From: Alphaproteobacteria bacterium
GTDB taxonomy: Bacteria > Pseudomonadota > Alphaproteobacteria > UBA2966
Assembly (NCBI GenBank): GCA_964291395.2
Contig: OZ219856.1
Location: 1,984,001 to 2,048,000 of the forward strand
Reading direction: 5' to 3'
Length of the DNA stretch: 64,000 bases
In this document: positions 10,458-19,461 of the stretch, piece after piece
Layout of the letters: every line of letters begins with the position of its first letter
How positions within the stretch are numbered: position 1 is the stretch's first letter
Notes under the pieces: generated by a model
What the model saw: the letters and a program-made list of their open reading frames with translations, nothing else
Databases searched by the model: none
Told to the model about the DNA's origin: nothing
Made by a program: the position numbers and the translations under genes

Positions 10458-11149
10458 AGTCCGCGACCCTCGAACGGCTGCTGCGCGACCGCAGCGAGAA
10501 GGCATCGGTCGTCCTGGCGACGAATCTGAATACCGGTGACGAGAGCCTCGTGTATCCCGGCGATCTCGAGAGCGAGAACGGCCTCGATCCGGCAATTACC
10601 CAGGCGGTCAGAGAAGCGTTTCGCAGCGACCGCAGCAAGACGATCGAGACCGAGGAAGGACCCGTTTTCCTGCACGTCTTCAATCCGCCGCTGCGTATGA
10701 TCATCGTCGGCGCCGTCCATATCGCCCAGCCCCTGGCACGCATGGCCGCACTGGCCGGCTACGACGTGACCATCGTCGATCCGCGCGCCGCCTTTGCCAC
10801 GGACGAGCGGTTCCCGGGCGTGACGCTGCTGACGGAATGGCCCGACGACGCGCTGGAGACGCTTGCTCCCGATTCTCGCACGGCGGTGGTCACGCTCACC
10901 CACGATCCCAAGCTGGATGACCCGGCGCTCGAGGTGGCGCTCAGGTCGTCGGCTTTCTACGTGGGATCTCTGGGCAGCAAGAAAACGCACGCGGCGCGCC
11001 TTCAGCGGCTGACGGAAGCAGGCTTCGGCGAAGACGACCTCAACCGGATCAACGGTCCCGTGGGCCTCGCGATCGGTGCCCGCTCACCCGCGGAAGTCGC
11101 CGTCTCCATCGTCGCGCAGGTGACACAAGCCTTGCGCCAGGAGGCGTGA
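10454..11149 (+). CDS. xdhC: XdhC/CoxF family protein, Rossmann half
   Basis: IVGAVHIA, VDPR, LTHDPKLD, YVGSLGS, GPVGLAIGARSPAEVAVSI. Confidence 0.9.
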   Translation: MKSATLERLLRDRSEKASVVLATNLNTGDESLVYPGDLESENGLDPAITQAVREAFRSDRSKTIETEEGPVFLHVFNPPLRMIIVGAVHIAQPLARMAALAGYDVTIVDPRAAFATDERFPGVTLLTEWPDDALETLAPDSRTAVVTLTHDPKLDDPALEVALRSSAFYVGSLGSKKTHAARLQRLTEAGFGEDDLNRINGPVGLAIGARSPAEVAVSIVAQVTQALRQEA

Positions 11150-12790
11150 ATGGACTTCCGCCGCTTCGCCCTCGAAGAAGCCGAGGGCACGATCCTCGCG
11201 CACGGCGTCACGGTGAATGGGCGGTCCTTCAAGAAGGGGCGCATCCTCGGCACCGAGGACATCGCGGCCCTGACCTCGGCGGGACACGAGACCGTCATCG
11301 CCGCCCGGCTCGAAGCGGGCGACATTCCCGAGGACGAGGCGGCCGAAACGATCGCAAAGGCAGCCCGCGGCGACGGCGTACGCAGCGCGGCGCCCTTCAC
11401 AGGACGCTGCAACCTCTACGCCGAGGCACACGGCGTCGCACTCATCGACGATAGCCGCCTCGACGAGATCAACCTGATCGACGAGTCATTGACCATCGCC
11501 ACGGTGGCCCCGTTCGAGCTCGTGGAACCGGGCCAGATGTTGGCCACCATCAAGATCATTCCGTTCTCCGCGCCGAAGGACGTCATCTCTGCGGCCGAGA
11601 AGATCGCAGAACACGACGAACGACTCGTGCGCGTCGCGGAACTCAAGGAGAAGCCGGTGGGTCTGGTGCTGACCCGCCTACCGAGCACCAAGGAATCCAT
11701 CCTCGACAAGTCGCTGGAGACCACGCGAAATCGACTCGCGCATCTAGGCTCGTGGCTGGCCGGCGAAGTCCGCTGCGATCATACGGAGGAGGCCGTGGCG
11801 TCCGCCGTCGCCGATCTCCTGGCCCGGGGCTGCAATCCCATCCTCTTGTTCGGGGCCTCGGCGAATGTCGACCGGCGTGACGTGGTGCCGGCGGGAATCG
11901 TCCGGGCCGGCGGCGAGGTCGATCACTTCGGCATGCCCGTCGACCCAGGAAATCTCCTGCTCCTGGCGCATCACGGCGACGTGCCCGTCGTCGGCTTGCC
12001 CGGTTGTGCCCGCTCACCAAAGGAGAACGGTTTCGACTGGGTTCTGTGGCGTCTGCTCGCGGACGTTCCCGTGAATCGCGAAGACGTCATGCGCATGGGC
12101 GCGGGCGGCCTTCTCAAGGAGATCACGACACGGCCACAGTCGCGCACCGGCAAGACCGGTGAAGAACCGGCGCCCGGCGACGGAGTGCCCCGCATGCCGC
12201 GCGTCGCGGCCATCGTCCTGGCCGCCGGCCAGTCCCGCCGGACCGGCAAGATCAACAAACTGCTGGCGGAGATCGAAGGTACGCCCATGGTGGCGCGCGT
12301 CCTGACGGAGGTCTCGGCATCGGCGGCGAGCCCGATCATCGTCGTGACCGGCCATGAGTCGGATCGGGTCCGAGTAGCGCTGCAACGCGACGGCATGACG
12401 TTCGTGCACAATGCCGACTACGCGGACGGCTTGAGCACGTCCCTCAAAGTCGGCTTGCGGGCAGTTCCCGAAGACATCGACGGAGTCATCGTGTGCCTCG
12501 GCGACATGCCAAGGGTGAAGGCAACCCATATCGACAGGCTCATCGCCGCGTTCAATCCCCTGGAAGGCCGGGCGATTTGCGTACCGACCTTCGCCGGCAA
12601 GCGCGGTAATCCCGTGCTGTGGGGAGCTCAGTTCCTCGAAGAGATGCAGGAGGTCGCCGGGGACGTGGGCGCCCGTCACCTGATCGGCGCCCACGGCGAG
12701 CTCGTCGCCGAGGTGCCGATCGACGACGACGGGGTGCTGGTCGACGTGGATACGCCCGAAGCCCTGACGGCCATGGGGTCGGGAGGCTGA
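11150..12790 (+). CDS. Molybdopterin-binding (MoeA-like) domain fused to MocA-type molybdenum cofactor cytidylyltransferase
   Basis: N-terminal GMPVDPGNLL/GLPGCARSP; C-terminal LAAGQSRR..NKLL, LGDMP, GNPVLW, GDVGAR, DVDTP. Confidence 0.88.
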   Translation: MDFRRFALEEAEGTILAHGVTVNGRSFKKGRILGTEDIAALTSAGHETVIAARLEAGDIPEDEAAETIAKAARGDGVRSAAPFTGRCNLYAEAHGVALIDDSRLDEINLIDESLTIATVAPFELVEPGQMLATIKIIPFSAPKDVISAAEKIAEHDERLVRVAELKEKPVGLVLTRLPSTKESILDKSLETTRNRLAHLGSWLAGEVRCDHTEEAVASAVADLLARGCNPILLFGASANVDRRDVVPAGIVRAGGEVDHFGMPVDPGNLLLLAHHGDVPVVGLPGCARSPKENGFDWVLWRLLADVPVNREDVMRMGAGGLLKEITTRPQSRTGKTGEEPAPGDGVPRMPRVAAIVLAAGQSRRTGKINKLLAEIEGTPMVARVLTEVSASAASPIIVVTGHESDRVRVALQRDGMTFVHNADYADGLSTSLKVGLRAVPEDIDGVIVCLGDMPRVKATHIDRLIAAFNPLEGRAICVPTFAGKRGNPVLWGAQFLEEMQEVAGDVGARHLIGAHGELVAEVPIDDDGVLVDVDTPEALTAMGSGG

Positions 12791-12799
12791 AGGAACCCT

Positions 12800-12880
12800 T
12801 TGGCTTCCGTGTCAATCAGAAATGCCCGCAAGAGCTTCGGCAACGTCGAGGTCATTCACGGCACCAGCATCGATATCGAA
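12800..12880 (+). pseudogene. N-terminal remnant of a sugar ABC transporter ATP-binding protein (MalK/UgpC-like)
   Basis: MASVSIRNARKSFGNVEVIHGTSIDIE with an AAGGA RBS matches the typical MalK/UgpC start; similarity stops before the Walker A motif. Confidence 0.6.
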
Positions 12881-12950
12881 ATTACGCAGCCAAGTCTCCA
12901 GGCCAAATCAAGGCAAGGACGGCGACAACTCTTCTTTGCGTTACCGACGG

Positions 12951-13766
12951 TTACGGCGGGAACCGACGCTCCAGGTAGTCGATGACGAGTTGGATGCTGC
13001 CGTGAGCCGGCAGGTCGTTGTGACCGGCATTGGGCAGGTAAACCGCTTCCTTCGGGTCGTTCGCGGCCGCGAACAGCTTGCGCCCGAGCCGAACCGGCAC
13101 GATCCGGTCGCGCTCTCCGTGGACCACGAACAGCGGCGCGCGGACCCGGTCCATCTTGGAGAGCGAATCGAACCGATCCTTCATCAGCCAACGCACCGGC
13201 AGGAACCAGTAAGCGCCCGCCGCGACATCCACCGCGGAGGAGAACGGCGCTTCGAGCACCACGGCGCCGACATCGAATTCGGTTGCCATCTGAACGGCGA
13301 CGCCACTGCCGAGCGACTCGCCGAGCAGGACGACACGGTCGAGGGGTAGCCCCTCGGACTCGACGAAGGCCAGAGACGCCCGGCCGTCGGCGTAGAGCCC
13401 TTGTTCGCTCGCGCTTCCCGGGTTTCCGCTGTAGCCCCTGTATTCGACGAGAAGCACGCCAAAGCCCCGGTCAAGATAAGGACGGGCCCTGGGGCCCCGC
13501 ATGGCGATGCCGCCCCCGTTGCCGTGATAATAGACAACGGTGGGCCGCACGTTCTCGTCGCTGCCCCAGGGCGCGCGATACCAGGCCGCGAGCTCAAGCC
13601 CGTCGGCGGTGCTCAAGGTAACGGGCACCATTTCCGGCACCCCGGCCTGCGCCGGTGTCGACAACGAGCGGGCCGGGAAGTACATGATGCTCCGCTGCAG
13701 CACGTACATGGCCGCGACGAAGAGCGCGTAGGCCGAAAGGACATAAACCGCCGTGCGCCACATCAT
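12951..13766 (-). CDS. Alpha/beta hydrolase (Bem46/ABHD13-like) with N-terminal TM anchor
   Basis: YYHGNGG, EYRGY, GESLG nucleophile, HGERD, GHND; start placed at MMWRT. Confidence 0.88.
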   Translation of the reverse strand: MMWRTAVYVLSAYALFVAAMYVLQRSIMYFPARSLSTPAQAGVPEMVPVTLSTADGLELAAWYRAPWGSDENVRPTVVYYHGNGGGIAMRGPRARPYLDRGFGVLLVEYRGYSGNPGSASEQGLYADGRASLAFVESEGLPLDRVVLLGESLGSGVAVQMATEFDVGAVVLEAPFSSAVDVAAGAYWFLPVRWLMKDRFDSLSKMDRVRAPLFVVHGERDRIVPVRLGRKLFAAANDPKEAVYLPNAGHNDLPAHGSIQLVIDYLERRFPP

Positions 13767-13800
13767 CGTCCGTCCCCGGCGGTGGGCTTCGTGCGGATGC

Positions 13801-14925
13801 CTAGAAGACGACCATCTGGCGAATGGTCGCACCGTCCGCGAGCCGGTCGAACCCCTCGTTGATCTCATCGAGGGAGAGTTGCTCGCTCAGTAGTCCGTCC
13901 ACGGGCAGCATGCCCCGCCGATAGAGCTCGAGGTATCGAGGAATGTCGCGGACCGGCACGCTGCTGCCGCCGTAGCTCCCTTTGAGGGTCCGCTCCTCAC
14001 CCACCATCATCACGGCGGGCACGGCCAAACGCGTATCCGGGTGGGGCAATCCCGCCGTCACCGTGGTGCCGCCGCGTCGCGTGATGTCCCAGGCCGTCTG
14101 CAAGGCGGGCCCCGCCCCCGCCGTGTCGATGGCGTAATCGACACCACCGTCCGTCACGTCCCGCACGGCTTCCACGCAGTCGGCCTCACCCGCGTCAAAC
14201 GTATCGGTGGCCCCCAATTGGCGAGCCAAGGCCAACTTGTGATCGAGGATATCGAGCGCCACGATGCGCCGCGCCCCGGCAAGCCGGGCGCCCAGAATGG
14301 CGTTGAGGCCGACACCGCCGAGACCGATGACCGCGACGCTCGAGCCCGCCTTCACGGTCGCTGTGTTGATCACCGCGCCGACCCCCGTCATCACGGCGCA
14401 CCCGAACATCGCCACCTCGGCGAGGGGGAACGTCCTGTCGACCCTGATCAGGGAATTCCGATTCATGACGGCGTACTCGGCAAACGCCGAGATGCCGACG
14501 TGATGGTGGATGTCCTCGCCGTTCCGATGGAGCGCGAACCTGCCTGAATACAAGGTTCCTGCCGTATTTGCGGCGACGCCAGGTTCGCACAGCATGGGGC
14601 GGCCGCTGGCGCAGGGAACGCAGTGGCCGCAACTCGGCACCAGCGTCGCCACGACGTGATCGCCGACGGAGAGACCGGTCACGTTCGGCCCGAGCTCCAC
14701 GACCACGCCGGCCGATTCATGACCGAGTGCCATCGGCGTCGGCCTCGGGCGGTTACCGTCGATCACGGACAGGTCCGAGTGGCAGAGGCCCGCCGCCTTG
14801 ATCTCGACCAGCACCTCGCCATCGCCGGGGGGATCGAGGTCCAGTTCCTCGATGGTCAGTGGCCGCGTGTCCCTGTAGGGGCGATCCATGCCCATGGTAT
14901 CGAGAACGGCAGCGCGTATCTTCAT
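13801..14925 (-). CDS. Zinc-dependent alcohol dehydrogenase (class III-like)
   Basis: GLCHSD, GHE, CGHCVPC...C structural Zn, GLGGVG. Confidence 0.93.
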   Translation of the reverse strand: MKIRAAVLDTMGMDRPYRDTRPLTIEELDLDPPGDGEVLVEIKAAGLCHSDLSVIDGNRPRPTPMALGHESAGVVVELGPNVTGLSVGDHVVATLVPSCGHCVPCASGRPMLCEPGVAANTAGTLYSGRFALHRNGEDIHHHVGISAFAEYAVMNRNSLIRVDRTFPLAEVAMFGCAVMTGVGAVINTATVKAGSSVAVIGLGGVGLNAILGARLAGARRIVALDILDHKLALARQLGATDTFDAGEADCVEAVRDVTDGGVDYAIDTAGAGPALQTAWDITRRGGTTVTAGLPHPDTRLAVPAVMMVGEERTLKGSYGGSSVPVRDIPRYLELYRRGMLPVDGLLSEQLSLDEINEGFDRLADGATIRQMVVF

Positions 14926-15027
14926 CCCCCTCCCCTCGCCTTTTTCGATACGACCGCCTCCATGACTTTCCAGTCAAACCGGACGAACGCCGAGTATCGT
15001 TCGGAAGTTCTTGCCGAACGCCGAACC

Positions 15028-16506
15028 CTATTCGGCACCCACTTCGGCACCGGTGGTGCGTCCCGCCTTCGGATGGGTGGAGGCACCTCCGAACCAGTCC
15101 CGAACGCGCTGGCGGAAACGGCGCCAGCGTCCCTGTCGCAATGACTTGTGGAGCTCCATGAAGTAGTACATGTGCTCCTCTTCGATGTGATGACGTGGTG
15201 ATTCCTTGTAGTACTTCTTGATGAAGGCCTTCTTCTCTTCGATATCCCTCAGCATTTCGTCGCGAGTCGGGAGCACGGCGTTGCCCAGGATGAACTCCCG
15301 AATCCAGCGGGATTGCTCCTCATAATTCCAGTTGAGCGCCGTCGTCGACATGATCATGCCGATCAGGAAAAGCCCCGGCCAGTCGACGGGAACGATACGC
15401 TTATAGAGCTCCACGTTGTTGTCGACGATGGGGACGAGATCCGGGGAAAGGAACGGCAGGTCGATGAGATAGCCCGTGCAGGCCATCAGGACGTCGAATT
15501 CCTCGGACGAGCCGTCCACGAAGTGGATGGTCTTGCCATCGATCTTCTCGATTCCCTGTTTCACGATCACCCGGTTATAGGCGACATCCTGCATGATCGT
15601 GGCGCTGGTCGTGGGGTGCGCCCGCCGGGTAAGCGGCTTGAAGCCATAGTCCTCCATGTCGCCGTGCACGAGCCTGACCATGAATGCGATGATCTTGCGG
15701 CGGAGTCCGTCCGGGATCCATGGCTTGAACAGCCTCATGGAGATATCCGTGACGGGAAACCCGAAGATCAGCTTGGGCGCGATCATCACGCCCGAGCGCG
15801 CCACCATGACGCAACGCTCGGTAATCACGCACATGTCGCTGGCAATATCGACAGCCGAGTTTCCGACGCCCACGACGCAGATACGCTTGCCCTTAAAGGC
15901 TTCCGGCGTACGGTAATAGTGCGAGTGCATGTACTCGCCCTTGAATCCGTTTTGGAATTCGGGAACGTGGAGCGGCTTGGTCAGGTGCCCCGTAGCGACG
16001 CACACCGTGTCGAAAACCCAATTCTGGCCGTCGACCGTTTCGATCTCCCAGCGGGGCTCTTCCCGGCCGGGGGCGAACGATGGCTTGACGCTCGTTACCT
16101 CGGACCGAAACCGAATCCGTCCCTTCACACCGAAGTGCTCGGCATACGCGTCCAGATATTCGTGCATATCCCAGTGGCTGGGAAAACGTTGCACGGTGTC
16201 CTTGAACTTGAAGTCGCTGTAGTTCGTAAGGTTCTTCGCAGTATTGATGTGCAAGGTCTTGTAAGCGGACGAACGGCCGCTGTCGTTCTCGTAAACCCAC
16301 ATGCCGCCGATCTTGGTACCGATCTCGAACACCGTGACCTCAAGGCCCACTTCGAGGAGGTATTTGGCGAGACAAATGCCGGACGCGCCCGCGCCGATGA
16401 TCGCGATCGACTTCTCGTAGGGATCTTTCTCACGGCTTAGCGCCCACCCGGGATCACCGAGGCTCTCCGGTGCTTCCGCCCGTTCGATGGTGGTCGTCTC
16501 ACTCAT
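15028..16506 (-). CDS. Flavin-containing monooxygenase (FMO family), paralog 1
   Basis: GAGASG, FKGEYMHSHYY (FxGxxxHxxxY fingerprint), GVGNSA, ACTGY. Confidence 0.92.
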   Translation of the reverse strand: MSETTTIERAEAPESLGDPGWALSREKDPYEKSIAIIGAGASGICLAKYLLEVGLEVTVFEIGTKIGGMWVYENDSGRSSAYKTLHINTAKNLTNYSDFKFKDTVQRFPSHWDMHEYLDAYAEHFGVKGRIRFRSEVTSVKPSFAPGREEPRWEIETVDGQNWVFDTVCVATGHLTKPLHVPEFQNGFKGEYMHSHYYRTPEAFKGKRICVVGVGNSAVDIASDMCVITERCVMVARSGVMIAPKLIFGFPVTDISMRLFKPWIPDGLRRKIIAFMVRLVHGDMEDYGFKPLTRRAHPTTSATIMQDVAYNRVIVKQGIEKIDGKTIHFVDGSSEEFDVLMACTGYLIDLPFLSPDLVPIVDNNVELYKRIVPVDWPGLFLIGMIMSTTALNWNYEEQSRWIREFILGNAVLPTRDEMLRDIEEKKAFIKKYYKESPRHHIEEEHMYYFMELHKSLRQGRWRRFRQRVRDWFGGASTHPKAGRTTGAEVGAE

Positions 16507-16548
16507 GGGCTCCGGTCCGTCCCGCCATCAAGTCAAGCCGCTGCCCAA

Positions 16549-17931
16549 TCATGCCGCGCGTGGCGCGAGCCGTTGCCTGCGGGCGACGGCCTCCCGTAAC
16601 GACTTCTTCAATGCCGGGAAGTAACGCAGATGCTCTTCCTCGATGGCGTGCCGAAGGGTGGCCTTGTAGTTGGTCCGGATGAATTCATCCTGGGCTTCGA
16701 TGTCCACATACATCTCGTCGCGCGAGGGAAGGACGGCGTTGCCGAGAATGAACTCGCGCACCCACTTGGTCTGATGCTCGTAGTTCACATTAAGGGCCGT
16801 CGTGACATTTGTCATACCGATGAAGTAAAGACCGGGCCAATCCGGCGGCACGATTCGCTTGTAGAGCTTCACGCTATTGTTCTCGACGGGCACGATGTCC
16901 CGTGACAGAAACGGCAATTCGATGAGATAGCCGGTCGCCGCGATCAATACATCGAACTCCTCAACCGTGCCGTCGGAGAAGTGCAAGGTTTTTCCCTCCA
17001 CCTTGTCGATCCCCTGCTTCACGAAGATCCGGTCGTAGGCGATGTCGTTCACCACCGTTGCGCTGCTCGTCGGGTGAACCTTCTGGGTGATCGGCGGCAG
17101 GCCCAGCTTCTTCATGTCGCCGTGCACGCACCAGATGAGAAACTTGAGCGCCCTGCTGCGGAACCATTCCGGGACCCAACCCTTCATGAACCATTCGGTG
17201 ATGTCGGTGAAGGCGACGCCGAACAAGAGCTTTGGCGCGATCCAGACGCCCGTGCGGGCAACCAGGACGCAGCGTTTGGCGTAGACACAGACATCGCTGA
17301 CGATGTCGCAGGCCGAATTGCCGATACCCACGACGCAGATCCGCCTGCCGATGAACGGCTCCGGCTCCTTGTAGTCATGGGAATGGACGTAATCGCCCTG
17401 AAAATCGTCCTGAAATTCGGAGACGTGCATCGGCCTCGTGAGATGGCCAGTGCAGACGCAGACGCTGTTGAAAACCCGCTTGCGGCCGTCGACGGTCTCT
17501 AGTTCCCACTTCGGGTCTTCGGTGCCCGGCTCGAACAGCGGCGTCACCGCCTTGATCTCGGATTTGAACTCGATCCGCTCCATGACGCCGAAATGCCCGG
17601 CGTACTCCTCAAGGTAGGCGTGCATCTCCCAATGGCTGGGAAACCGCTGCACTTCGTCGCGGAACTTAAAATCGCTGAAGTTGGTCAGGTTCTTGGCGGT
17701 GTTGATGTGGAGCGTTCGGTAGGCCGACGACCGGCCGCTATCGTTCTTGTAGCACCACAGACCGCCGACCTGCGTGCCGATCTCGTAGACCGTGACGTCG
17801 AGGCCCGCTTCGATCAGATGCTTCGCCATGCAAAGTCCCGAGGCGCCGGCACCGATCACCGCAACCGTCTCGGCAGGCTTGGGAACCGACGGACCGACCG
17901 GAGTCGTCTTCATCGCGGCCGACTCGCTCAT
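16549..17931 (-). CDS. Flavin-containing monooxygenase (FMO family), paralog 2
   Basis: GAGASG, FQGDYVHSHDY, GIGNSA, AATGY. Confidence 0.92.
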   Translation of the reverse strand: MSESAAMKTTPVGPSVPKPAETVAVIGAGASGLCMAKHLIEAGLDVTVYEIGTQVGGLWCYKNDSGRSSAYRTLHINTAKNLTNFSDFKFRDEVQRFPSHWEMHAYLEEYAGHFGVMERIEFKSEIKAVTPLFEPGTEDPKWELETVDGRKRVFNSVCVCTGHLTRPMHVSEFQDDFQGDYVHSHDYKEPEPFIGRRICVVGIGNSACDIVSDVCVYAKRCVLVARTGVWIAPKLLFGVAFTDITEWFMKGWVPEWFRSRALKFLIWCVHGDMKKLGLPPITQKVHPTSSATVVNDIAYDRIFVKQGIDKVEGKTLHFSDGTVEEFDVLIAATGYLIELPFLSRDIVPVENNSVKLYKRIVPPDWPGLYFIGMTNVTTALNVNYEHQTKWVREFILGNAVLPSRDEMYVDIEAQDEFIRTNYKATLRHAIEEEHLRYFPALKKSLREAVARRQRLAPRAA

Positions 17932-18425
17932 GCCATCTCCTCAATCATCCCATCACCGCACGTGTCCATGTGAAGCACGCACCCTTCATGAAGCTTCGAG
18001 CGGCGCCCCACCCGCCAACCGTCACCCACCCACGTGCAAACAACGGGAATCCCCACAGTCAGGGATATGCGCAAAGATATTGCCGTATTGCACTTTGACT
18101 GTCGAGGCGACGAACCAAACGTCGACACAAACCTCGAGCCGGAACCCTTCCGCGCGGATGCGCGTGCTACACTTGGGGATGGACATGGACCTGATCGCTG
18201 CCACGAGCGGCCTCGCAGCGCTCATGATCGGCTCAGGTCGCCCCTTCCTTCAGCTGCGCTCAAATCGTCCGGCAAAAGGCATGTCGGGTTCTCCGCGTAA
18301 GCGGTGCCGTGAGCAGCATGCCTTCCGAGCCCTTCGCGGCGCTCCATTCAACGGGCTGCCGACATCAACCGCACGCCGATGCGGCGGGCGAGGGCGAACC
18401 GCACTCAAAACTAAAGAGAACCATC

Positions 18426-19430
18426 ATGAATGACGGCACCAACCTCCGGGTGGCTTTTGCCGGGGCAGGTCTGATGAGTCAGTTCCACCTCAACGGTTGG
18501 TCGGAGGTGGACGCGGATATCGTCGCCATCTGCGATCCCGTCGCCGAAAAGGCCGAGCGGCGGGCGAACGAATACGGCATCCCGGCCGTTTACACGGAAT
18601 TCGCCCGGATGCTGGAAGATGCCCGGCCCGATGCGGTAGATATCGCGACGCCGGTCGATACCCACGCCGATCTGGTCCGTATCGCGGCCGATCATGGAGT
18701 TCACGCCTGCTCCCAAAAACCCGTGACGCCGACCGTCGCGGAAGCCGAAGCCTTGATCGCAGATGTCGGCGATGCCATCCGCTTCATGGTCCACGAGAAT
18801 TTTCGTTGGCGGCCCCACTACCTGCAGATGGGGGAGTGGTTGCGCGAGGGCCGCATCGGACAGATCACTCACGCACGGATGACGGTCCGCAGCCCCGGGC
18901 TCGCGCCGTCCCCCGACGGGTCGACGCCACCGGACCTCATCCGCCAACCCTACCTGGCGACGTTCAAGCGCCTCATTACGTTCGAGCTGCTGATCCATCA
19001 ACTCGACGTCTTGCGCTCATTGCTCGGCGAGTTCGAGGTGGTGTCGGTGGAGATGGACCGGGTCAACAAGAATCTGGTCGGCGAAGACGTCGCGATCATC
19101 GTCATGCGGGGAGAGAACGGCGTGACGGCGGTGGTCGACGGCAGCATGTCGGCGCCGGGATACCCCGCCAGGCCCAGCGATCGCCTGGAACTGATCGGCA
19201 CCAAGGACACCATGGTCTTCGACCGCGACAAGCTGTACCTCGTCGGCGACGACGCACCGCCCGCGGAACACGATCTCGCGGTAAACTTCCAAGCCTGTTT
19301 TACCAACGCGATTCGGGATTTCGCGAACGGAGTGCGCACGGGCGAGCCGTTCTGGACCGACCGGCTGGACAATCTCAAGTCATTGCGGCTGATGGAGCGC
19401 TGTTACGAGGTCGCCGGCATCGCTCCATGA
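18426..19430 (+). CDS. Gfo/Idh/MocA family oxidoreductase
   Basis: GAGLMS, DIATP, QKP, HENFRW, IHQLD; ATG at 18426. Confidence 0.88.
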   Translation: MNDGTNLRVAFAGAGLMSQFHLNGWSEVDADIVAICDPVAEKAERRANEYGIPAVYTEFARMLEDARPDAVDIATPVDTHADLVRIAADHGVHACSQKPVTPTVAEAEALIADVGDAIRFMVHENFRWRPHYLQMGEWLREGRIGQITHARMTVRSPGLAPSPDGSTPPDLIRQPYLATFKRLITFELLIHQLDVLRSLLGEFEVVSVEMDRVNKNLVGEDVAIIVMRGENGVTAVVDGSMSAPGYPARPSDRLELIGTKDTMVFDRDKLYLVGDDAPPAEHDLAVNFQACFTNAIRDFANGVRTGEPFWTDRLDNLKSLRLMERCYEVAGIAP

Positions 19431-19461
19431 CTCGTCGTGTGCCTCACCGCCGGAACCAGCG

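Noticed and set aside
17932-18425. ORFs or riboswitch in the FMO/Gfo divergent gap
   Set aside because: No family motifs or known riboswitch consensus recognised.
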